Source: a virus (Duplodnaviria; Caudoviricetes). From it: a stretch of DNA of 32,748 bases. Each line of letters starts with the position of its first letter. Position 1 is the first letter of the stretch. This document shows positions 8,308 to 14,952 of this stretch, piece after piece. The position numbers and the translations under genes were made by a program. The stretch lies in IMG/VR virus record IMGVR_UViG_3300044723_001797, positions 1-32,748 of that record; one strand, written 5' to 3'. The notes under the pieces were generated by a model, which was not told the DNA's origin, ran no database searches, and saw nothing but the letters and a program-made list of their open reading frames with translations.

Positions 8308-8684
8308 TCCATCCTCACTACTAAATGCTTACGCTCTAAACCTTGGGGGATTGCAACAAATCCATACGGATAAATATATGCAGTCCCAAGCTTTGTTTCG
8401 ATGCTTGCATATGGATGCATGTCTGGGTCTTCTGGATACTGCTTGATCCCTTCATCAGTAATGACTGCTTTGTCACTTGCTCTGCTGCGCAAGTCACCAA
8501 AGCCATATTGATCTTGAAGGAAATCAACTAACGATCCTGTGCCAATGAACACATTGAACTGTTGAATCCATAGCTGGACAAATCCACATGCCTCACGCAG
8601 CCAAGCTTCATCCACATCAGGATACGCTTTAGTATTGTAAACAATCGGTGGATTGTATGTTTCATAATCAACTAGGAATGTCAT
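8304..8684 (-). CDS. Hypothetical early protein
   Basis: GAGGAG RBS; tiles with neighbours. Confidence 0.75.
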   Translation of the reverse strand: MTFLVDYETYNPPIVYNTKAYPDVDEAWLREACGFVQLWIQQFNVFIGTGSLVDFLQDQYGFGDLRSRASDKAVITDEGIKQYPEDPDMHPYASIETKLGTAYIYPYGFVAIPQGLERKHLVVRMD

Positions 8685-8877
8685 CGTTTATCTCCTCTAA
8701 TGACGATTGATATCTTTCTTCCCAATTCTGGGTTGCTCTACGCACAAACTTGTCACGATCAAACCGTGGATTTGTATGCTTAAGTTTATCTGCTAACTCT
8801 TGAATGCCATTTGCCCACGGTAACATGGGTGCAATCTCGTCAGCAAAGAACTCATAGTGCTGTCTTGTTAGTCGCAT
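8668..8877 (-). CDS. Conserved hypothetical phage protein
   Basis: GGAGG RBS; TRQHYEFFA...NPRFDRDKF motif. Confidence 0.78.
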   Translation of the reverse strand: MRLTRQHYEFFADEIAPMLPWANGIQELADKLKHTNPRFDRDKFVRRATQNWEERYQSSLEEINDDIPS

Positions 8878-9071
8878 TTAAGTACCTCCTCTAACTTAGA
8901 CTCTGCGATCTGCAATTCTTTTGCATGCTTCTTGATCTTGCGTTTCATTAGCTTTGCCTTGGCGGCAAGCTCAGCCAAGTCTTCTTCGATGTGCTTGATA
9001 GCAAGCGAATGTTGCTGAACCAAAGCACGACACTTCAATTCTTCGACAACTTTTACAAACGATGTAGTCAT
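8868..9071 (-). CDS. Coiled-coil hypothetical protein
   Basis: GAGGAG before ATG 9071; heptad pattern. Confidence 0.7.
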   Translation of the reverse strand: MTTSFVKVVEELKCRALVQQHSLAIKHIEEDLAELAAKAKLMKRKIKKHAKELQIAESKLEEVLKCD

Positions 9072-9102
9072 TCTATTCTCCTCAGTTATAGAACATTTAC
9101 TA

Positions 9103-9131
9103 TAAGTACATTGTTTTTTGCATTGATGCAA
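9103..9131 (-). promoter_or_regulatory. Putative sigma70 early promoter with overlapping palindrome
   Basis: TTGCAT-N17-TACTTA on -; TTGCAT-TG-ATGCAA at 9118-9131. Confidence 0.5.
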
Positions 9132-9145
9132 GTATTATTCCAACA

Positions 9146-9346
9146 CTATGTGTGAACTTCGATAGTAAATTCTATCTCGCCACCCATCATCTCTTTCACA
9201 ATGTCTTTGATGCTTTCGATTTGAGATTCAGTGAACTGTCCCTCTTCATCAATCACATTTTGTTCGTTTAACTTTCGCGCATCAAGCTCACTAATAACTT
9301 CTTGCTTGATGATTGTGCGTAACGCTTCAACTAATTTATCTGACAT
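9146..9346 (-). CDS. Small acidic hypothetical protein
   Basis: GGAGG before ATG 9346. Confidence 0.7.
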   Translation of the reverse strand: MSDKLVEALRTIIKQEVISELDARKLNEQNVIDEEGQFTESQIESIKDIVKEMMGGEIEFTIEVHT

Positions 9347-9480
9347 TTGTTCCTCCATGATTCAGATTCATCGGTAATTAAATAGCGATCTACTTACCGA
9401 CACACACGCGACTAAACCCGCCGAGTGTTAAAAGCTCTAACCTTTAACCACTCGTTACGAATCAGTGCGCAACTAGTAAG

Positions 9481-9550
9481 GGGGTCAAGGGAATCATTCC
9501 CTTGTGGGTCAAGGGCAAAGCCCTTGTGGGGTGTGGGGCGAAGCCCCACG
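9481..9550 (+). repeat. Three tandem perfect GC-rich hairpins with 3-nt loops
   Basis: CAAGGGAA-TCA-TTCCCTTG, CAAGGGC-AAA-GCCCTTG, GTGGGGC-GAA-GCCCCAC. Confidence 0.85.
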
Positions 9551-9587
9551 AAAAAATTTGAGGGCAGCCAAGGCCACCCTCATTTTT
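9551..9587 (-). terminator. Intrinsic terminator after the 190-aa gene
   Basis: TGAGGGTGGC-CTTG-GCTGCCCTCA (G-U pairs on -) followed by AATTTTTT. Confidence 0.75.
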
Positions 9588-9604
9588 CCTATGTTTGTTA
9601 GTTA

Positions 9605-10177
9605 TTACTTACGCGCTTCGGCTAGTTTCGCCTTACGCGCTTCGCGGTCTTGCTTCGTCGCTTTTTTGGCAGACGTTTCCGCTCGTGCGTTTGTCTCTTG
9701 CGGCATCCAAGGGATATATTCGCGACCGCTCACTGCCTCGTACATCTGACCAAACGCTGATATAAATGCCTCAAGGGTGATCTTTGCGTGTTTGCGCTCA
9801 AGCTCGTATGCCAACGCTTCGTCAACATTCTTGCCCGCGATCTCTGTACCATCGTCAAGCTTATCTGCGGCATTGGTGCGCTCTTTCGCTTCGGCATACT
9901 GTGCCTGAACGCCAAGGGCAACTTCCTGATTGTTGCGGTTGATCCATGTGCGCTGCGTGTGAAGCTTGCGATATGCTACATCTGCAATCCCTTTCAGGAT
10001 CATACCCTGTTCGCTCCACAAAGTGTTGCGTCCAGTGTCGTCGGTTTCTGTTAGGAACGCGCCAACCATTGCCGCCAGTTGCATTGCTGACACTGATCCA
10101 TTGTGCGCGTCTTCCAATGCGCGCTCTGCTTGTGTTAGTTCTTTTGCTTGTTCCGCTTTGAATGTGGTCATAGACAT
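9605..10177 (-). CDS. 190-aa helical protein, first gene of the early arm
   Basis: AGGAG before ATG 10177; the upstream 55 codons of the tracked ORF run through structured DNA. Confidence 0.8.
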   Translation of the reverse strand: MSMTTFKAEQAKELTQAERALEDAHNGSVSAMQLAAMVGAFLTETDDTGRNTLWSEQGMILKGIADVAYRKLHTQRTWINRNNQEVALGVQAQYAEAKERTNAADKLDDGTEIAGKNVDEALAYELERKHAKITLEAFISAFGQMYEAVSGREYIPWMPQETNARAETSAKKATKQDREARKAKLAEARK

Positions 10178-10285
10178 TTGATATACTCCTATAATAGTCT
10201 TGTTTTCATACATTCGTGACATACCCAATTCTGGGTACTTACTTGATTTAGTACTCACCACCCACGCCATTTGTTTGGGGCGTAA

Positions 10286-10403
10286 GTGCCTCGGTGAGTA
10301 AGCCACCAGACGCTCAGGCATGGTTCCAGAGTCAATACGCAACTACGTCCGTGTTGACTCTGGGTTCTGCCTGACGCGACGCAGGGGTGTCTCTCCGAGG
10401 CAC
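10286..10403. other. Long imperfect hairpin (Frpo/ssi-like element or ncRNA)
   Basis: Nested stems 10286-10294/10395-10403, 10314-10320/10368-10374, 10326-10339/10350-10363. Confidence 0.65.
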
Positions 10404-10563
10404 GCGACGTTCCTAACAAATACAACTCACAACTATTACTCATTATCCCGCCATAGGGGGTCACAGGGGGACAGGGCAATGTCCCCCTCGCGTCAGGGAT
10501 GGAAGCCCGCAAGGGCCAAGACCTGAAGGGGCTTGGTTCACGACAGCCCGCTCGGACGCCCAA

Positions 10564-10599
10564 TTGTGCGTTGACAAAGGGTATAATAACGATGCTATC
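10564..10599 (+). promoter_or_regulatory. Putative late promoter, copy 1 (upstream of terS)
   Basis: TTGTGCGTTG-N20-GCTA; includes TTGACA. Confidence 0.65.
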
Positions 10600-10640
10600 A
10601 ATGGGGGGAGAGAGGGAGAGGGGGGCTAACGGAGACACAT

Positions 10641-11018
10641 ATGAACAACGTAGCAACACGAAAACTAACCCCAAAGCAAATAGCATTGGTTGATGTGATG
10701 GTAGCAGAAGGGCTGAACACAAGCCAAGCTGCGATCCGTGCAGGGTACGCCGAGGGCAAAGCTGGATACGTAACCGCACACAAAGCACTGAAACAACCAC
10801 ATGTGCAACAGTATATGATGCAACGGATTCAAGAGAGCCTTGGAGTCAATGCTACTCTAGCCGCAGCGCGTGTGATGCAGCTTGCGCAGGGGGCAAGATC
10901 AGAGCACGTTCAGCTGGAAGCCGCCAAGGATATTCTAGACAGAGCGGGGTTCAAACCGATAGATCGATCGCAGGTGCAAGTTGCTGGGGACATCAAGGTG
11001 AGCATTGACTTGGGATAG
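10641..11018 (+). CDS. terS: Terminase small subunit
   Basis: LTPKQ...SQAAIRAGY HTH and AAKDILDRAG motif; GGAG RBS. Confidence 0.85.
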   Translation: MNNVATRKLTPKQIALVDVMVAEGLNTSQAAIRAGYAEGKAGYVTAHKALKQPHVQQYMMQRIQESLGVNATLAAARVMQLAQGARSEHVQLEAAKDILDRAGFKPIDRSQVQVAGDIKVSIDLG

Positions 11019-11194
11019 GGGGCAGGGGTCAAAAACTGCCGACCGAAATGTTGCTAGTAGTCCCTTACTCGCATTTTTCCTGAAAACAATTTGTGTGTAG
11101 CTTGAAAATATTTTTTAGTGTAGGGGTCGAAATATGCAGAAGGTAAATGTTCAGAAGATCGTTGATAAGTGGAGTAAGGTAAAGGAGGCTTCCC

Positions 11195-11500
11195 GTGGCG
11201 AAAACACCAGCGTGGACACGCAAGGAGGGCAAGAACCCGAAGGGGGGATTGAACGCAAAGGGTCGAGCGAGTTACAAGGGCGGGACGTTAAAGGCGCCAG
11301 TAAAGTCGGGCGACAATCCGAGAAGGGCAAGCTTTCTGGCACGGATGGGAAACATGCGGGGTCCAGAGCGGGACGCAAAGGGAAAGCCGACACGGTTGCT
11401 TCTAAGTCTAAAAGCGTGGGGAGCGTCAAGCAAGGCGGACGCAAAGGCAAAGGCAAGGGCGATAAGTCGTAGGAACAAAGCCAAGAAGGAGAGAGCATAA
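11195..11500 (+). CDS. Basic conserved phage protein (DUF6321-like by recall)
   Basis: GGAGG + GTG; KEGKNPKGGLNAKGR...RRASFLARM motif. Confidence 0.85.
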   Translation: MAKTPAWTRKEGKNPKGGLNAKGRASYKGGTLKAPVKSGDNPRRASFLARMGNMRGPERDAKGKPTRLLLSLKAWGASSKADAKAKARAISRRNKAKKERA

Positions 11501-11637
11501 TGCCTATGGGAAAGGGAACTTACGGTTCTAAGGTGGGCAGACCGCCTAAGAAGAAGAAAACTTTACTGACTGCAAAGCAGAAAACGTTACCCCCTTCTTT
11601 GCAAAAAAAGATTCTAAAGGGTAAGAAGAATGCCTAG
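11500..11637 (+). CDS. 45-aa basic protein not in ORF track (MPMGKGTYGSKVGRPPKKKK...)
   Basis: TAATG coupling, AAGGAG RBS, AT-hook-like GRPPK. Confidence 0.8.
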   Translation: MPMGKGTYGSKVGRPPKKKKTLLTAKQKTLPPSLQKKILKGKKNA

Positions 11638-11890
11638 AGGATCGGGAACCCCAACGAGTTTAATGTCTGCTCGTGCTGGCGCAAAGCAGGTAGAGATTAA
11701 GAACATGAGTCGTACAAATGCTGTTGGGCAGATACGCAATATGTTAAAGCTGTATAGCAAGCAGGGATTGAAGTTGGCTGACATGGAGCCTGAGTCTAAG
11801 GAGCTAAAGAAAGCTCGCGCTGACTTTAAGAAAATGTCTGCTTCTTTGTTAAAGAACGCAAACAAACTGGGGAATAAAGAGTTTCCATGA
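11630..11890 (+). CDS. Basic hypothetical protein
   Basis: Overlaps both neighbours. Confidence 0.7.
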   Translation: MPRGSGTPTSLMSARAGAKQVEIKNMSRTNAVGQIRNMLKLYSKQGLKLADMEPESKELKKARADFKKMSASLLKNANKLGNKEFP

Positions 11891-12057
11891 GTACGGTTAA
11901 TAAGGCTGGCAACTATACTAAGCCTGAAATGCGTAAAAGTTTGTTTCGCAAGATAAAGGCTAAGGCGACTCACGGAACTAAGGCAGGTCAGTGGTCGGCA
12001 AGGAAAGCGCAGCTATTGGCTAAAGAATACAAAGCGCGTGGTGGTGGCTATCGATGA
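11887..12057 (+). CDS. 56-aa basic protein not in ORF track (DUF5872 N-half-like)
   Basis: MSTVNKAGNYTKPEMRK...AGQWSARKAQLLAKEYKARGGGYR; ATGA overlaps at both ends. Confidence 0.85.
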   Translation: MSTVNKAGNYTKPEMRKSLFRKIKAKATHGTKAGQWSARKAQLLAKEYKARGGGYR

Positions 12058-12290
12058 AAGCTTCGCAGAAGTCTTTACTTAATTGGGGTAAGCAGAAATG
12101 GCGCACCAAGTCTGGAAAAAAGTCTAGTGAAACTGGTGAGCGTTACCTTCCTAGCAAGGCTATTGCTGCTCTTAGTGATTCTGAATATGCAGCTACAACC
12201 AGAGCTAAACGAAAGGGTAAGAAGGCAGGTAAGCAGTTTGTGGCTCAACCGAAAAAGATTGCTCGGAAAGTAAGGCAGTACAGAACATGA
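12054..12290 (+). CDS. Basic protein (DUF5872 C-half-like)
   Basis: SLLNWGKQKWRTKSG..ERYLP..EYAATTRAKR..QFVAQP. Confidence 0.85.
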   Translation: MKASQKSLLNWGKQKWRTKSGKKSSETGERYLPSKAIAALSDSEYAATTRAKRKGKKAGKQFVAQPKKIARKVRQYRT

Positions 12291-12487
12291 GTTTTGTAAA
12301 CACGTTGAAGCAAGAAGAACTTACGATGCTACGCCGCATTGTTAAGAACATTCACTTTCAGTACTTTGATCAAAAGCATGGTAAGTCGTTTGTGACCAAC
12401 AAGATGCTAGACAATATTATTGAAAACATTGGTGCCGAAGCTGCTGAAAAGATGATTCGTAGTGGTGTTGATAAGGGATTAAGATAA
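12287..12487 (+). CDS. Hypothetical protein
   Basis: ATGA and TAATG coupling with neighbours. Confidence 0.75.
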   Translation: MSFVNTLKQEELTMLRRIVKNIHFQYFDQKHGKSFVTNKMLDNIIENIGAEAAEKMIRSGVDKGLR

Positions 12488-12855
12488 TGTTTAAAGGACA
12501 AAAGCCAATGCAGGGAGCGGGGCCGCTTCCAAAAGATGTAACAGGCAAAGTACCTGCGTGGTTGCGCCGAGCTTTAAAAAAAGGAACGCCTTTACATAAA
12601 GAATCGGGAGCTATCCATACAAGATCAACAGAAATTGATGGTAAAGAAATTTTATATCCAACAGTAAGAATTATAAATGGCAAAGCAGTTGATCTTACCA
12701 AAGAGTCTGGCAACACTAAAGATTTTGATGTTGCTTTAGAATATGCCAAAAGAAAAAAAGATTATATTGTTGTTGAAGGCGGGCCTCGCGCAGCTACGCT
12801 TCTTTCGCGTAGGCTGAGCAAAAAGGTAGGTCGCGTACAAGGGTCTAATGATTGA
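12487..12855 (+). CDS. Hypothetical protein
   Basis: TAATG coupling; overlaps terL start. Confidence 0.7.
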   Translation: MFKGQKPMQGAGPLPKDVTGKVPAWLRRALKKGTPLHKESGAIHTRSTEIDGKEILYPTVRIINGKAVDLTKESGNTKDFDVALEYAKRKKDYIVVEGGPRAATLLSRRLSKKVGRVQGSND

Positions 12856-14371
12856 TTTTAAGTACAAGCCTGATGGTGAAGTGCTAAAGTCCTTTATGAA
12901 GGACGAAACTTTTTTCCGTGGTATTAGGGGGCCAGTTGGTAGTGGTAAATCTGTTGGGTGTTGTGTCGAAGTTTTTCGTAGAGCGTTGGAACAGAAGAAA
13001 GGGCCAGACGGGGTTAGAAAATCTCGATGGGCCATCATCCGAAACACTAACCCACAGCTACGAACTACAACTATTAAGACATGGCTTGACTGGTTCCCCG
13101 AAACAAACTGGGGAAAGTTCACATGGTCGGTTCCATATACGCACCATATTAAGAAAGGTGACATCGATCTTGAGGTCATCTTCTTAGCTTTAGATAGACC
13201 CGAGGATGTGAAAAAACTTTTGTCTTTGGAACTTACTGGCATCTGGATCAACGAGGCCAGAGAGATTCCGAAGTCTATCATCGATGCTTGCACCATGCGT
13301 GTTGGTCGTTTTCCTTCTATGAAAGATGGTGGGCCAAGTTGGACAGGTGTTATTGCTGATACCAACGCGCCAGAAGAAGATCACTGGTGGCCTATTATGT
13401 CTGGTGAGGTTCCGATTCCAGATCATATTCCGCGTGAACAGGCTAAAATGCTAGTTAAGCCAGACAATTGGCAGTTCTTTACGCAACCTGCGGGTATGAA
13501 AGAAGTGCGCAATGAAGATGGTGAAATACAAGACTACGCGCCGAATGACGATGCGGAAAACCGAAGACACATGATGGAGTCGTATTATCCTAATCTTATA
13601 CGCGGTAAAACAAAAAGCTGGATTGATGTTTATGTAATGAATAGGCTTGGAACTATCCAAGATGGGAAACCTATTTATCCAATGTTTGCGCCTGATGTGC
13701 ATATAGCTAAAGAAGAAATTGCAGTGGCTGCTAACGCTCCATTGTATGTTGGCTTGGACTTTGGCCTTACCCCTGCTGCCACGCTTGGGCAGAAAGTCCG
13801 AGGTCGCTGGTTGGTTCAGTCAGAGATTGTTGCGTTCGATATGGGCATCGTGCGCTTTGCAGAAGTTCTACGAGAGGAAATAGCTACACGCTTTTCTCAG
13901 TGTTCTGATGTGTATATCTATGGCGATCCCGCTGGTGACTTTAGAGCGCAGACTGATGAATCCACTCCCTTTCACATTCTGCGCGGCGCGGGCTTGCGGG
14001 CTTACCCTGCTCCGAGTAACTCCGTTGACCTTCGATTGGAATCCGTCTGCTCCCAGTTAGGAAAGATGATTGAAGGAAAGCCCGCGTTTTTAATTGATCG
14101 TCGTTGCCAGCAACTAATTAAGGGCTTTGAAGGCGGCTATCAGTATAAACGGATGGAAGTTAGCGGCGAAAGATATGCAGACAAACCAGATAAAAATATG
14201 TATTCACATATACATGATGCGCTGCAATACATGATGTTGGGTGCTGGTGAGGGTCGAGCGTTAATGAATAGTCAGAAACCTGCGCGTCCTGTTGTAGCTG
14301 GTCGTAACTTTGATGTATTTAAAAAACACAACACACGGCAAAGACGTCAAGGATTTTGGGCCAGAATGTAA
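12848..14371 (+). CDS. terL: Terminase large subunit
   Basis: Walker A GPVGSGKS, Walker B GIWINE, nuclease motifs GLDFG and HIHDALQY. Confidence 0.96.
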   Translation: MIDFKYKPDGEVLKSFMKDETFFRGIRGPVGSGKSVGCCVEVFRRALEQKKGPDGVRKSRWAIIRNTNPQLRTTTIKTWLDWFPETNWGKFTWSVPYTHHIKKGDIDLEVIFLALDRPEDVKKLLSLELTGIWINEAREIPKSIIDACTMRVGRFPSMKDGGPSWTGVIADTNAPEEDHWWPIMSGEVPIPDHIPREQAKMLVKPDNWQFFTQPAGMKEVRNEDGEIQDYAPNDDAENRRHMMESYYPNLIRGKTKSWIDVYVMNRLGTIQDGKPIYPMFAPDVHIAKEEIAVAANAPLYVGLDFGLTPAATLGQKVRGRWLVQSEIVAFDMGIVRFAEVLREEIATRFSQCSDVYIYGDPAGDFRAQTDESTPFHILRGAGLRAYPAPSNSVDLRLESVCSQLGKMIEGKPAFLIDRRCQQLIKGFEGGYQYKRMEVSGERYADKPDKNMYSHIHDALQYMMLGAGEGRALMNSQKPARPVVAGRNFDVFKKHNTRQRRQGFWARM

Positions 14372-14372
14372 A

Positions 14373-14405
14373 TTGTGCGTTGCATTTTTAGTTCTTCTCT
14401 GCTTT
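14373..14405 (+). promoter_or_regulatory. Putative late promoter, copy 2 (portal operon)
   Basis: TTGTGCGTTG-N18-GCTT in the intergenic gap. Confidence 0.65.
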
Positions 14406-14430
14406 TGGGGAATTAACCTAGGAGATTATT

Positions 14431-14952
14431 ATGTGTTTCAAGCGTAGAAAAAAAGCGGCTCCAGCTGAACCAGTAGAAGAACCAAAGGTAGAAGAACCAA
14501 AGGTAGAACAAGCCCCAACTAGTGAGGCGGCTACTGTTGTAGAAAAAGCGCCAACTTTGTCTGAGCAAATAGAATCTGATAAAGAACGTATTGAAGAAAT
14601 ACAAAAGCAAGCTGAAGCACCTGCTAAATCTATTGAAGAACAGCAAAAAGAATTATTTGTTGATGCATCATTAGCAAAGGTTGCTGCTGAAAAAGAGCTT
14701 GAAGAACAACGCCTAAAACAGCTTGAGAAAGAACGTCAGCAAGCTGCAAGTGAAGCACAAATTCGTGAACGTCAACGCAAGCAAAAAATCCGTCAAGAAG
14801 AAAGAGCTAAATCTTTGTTGAAGACTGATGCAGCTGATAAAGAGCCTTCTGCTGCTGTTCAACGTAGAAGATCATTACGATCAGGTCGTGGGCGTAGAAG
14901 TTTGCTATCATCAGTAGCAGGTGGAATGGGTTTCTATAGTAGGTTTATATAA
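14431..14952 (+). CDS. Pre-portal protein (possible virion assembly protein)
   Basis: AGGAG RBS; MCF start, low-complexity/coiled middle, GRRSLL C-terminus; TAATG-coupled to portal. Confidence 0.7.
   Translation: MCFKRRKKAAPAEPVEEPKVEEPKVEQAPTSEAATVVEKAPTLSEQIESDKERIEEIQKQAEAPAKSIEEQQKELFVDASLAKVAAEKELEEQRLKQLEKERQQAASEAQIRERQRKQKIRQEERAKSLLKTDAADKEPSAAVQRRRSLRSGRGRRSLLSSVAGGMGFYSRFI

Noticed and set aside
8738-9321. Partial TTGTGCGT matches near 8738-8748 (-) and 9313 (+)
   Set aside because: Imperfect, inside coding regions, not upstream of a late operon
9481-9550. CRISPR array or N4 virion-RNAP promoters
   Set aside because: No spacers or cas genes; no RNA polymerase motifs recognised in the large virion proteins
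10571-10587. TTGACA and TATAAT as a perfect sigma70 promoter
   Set aside because: Only 5 nt apart, so they cannot be one -35/-10 pair
10178-10800. ORFs 10255-10800(-), 10320-10526(+), 10499-10693(+) and the N-terminal extension of 9605-10342
   Set aside because: No good RBS, atypical composition; they run through GC-rich structured DNA or antisense to terS
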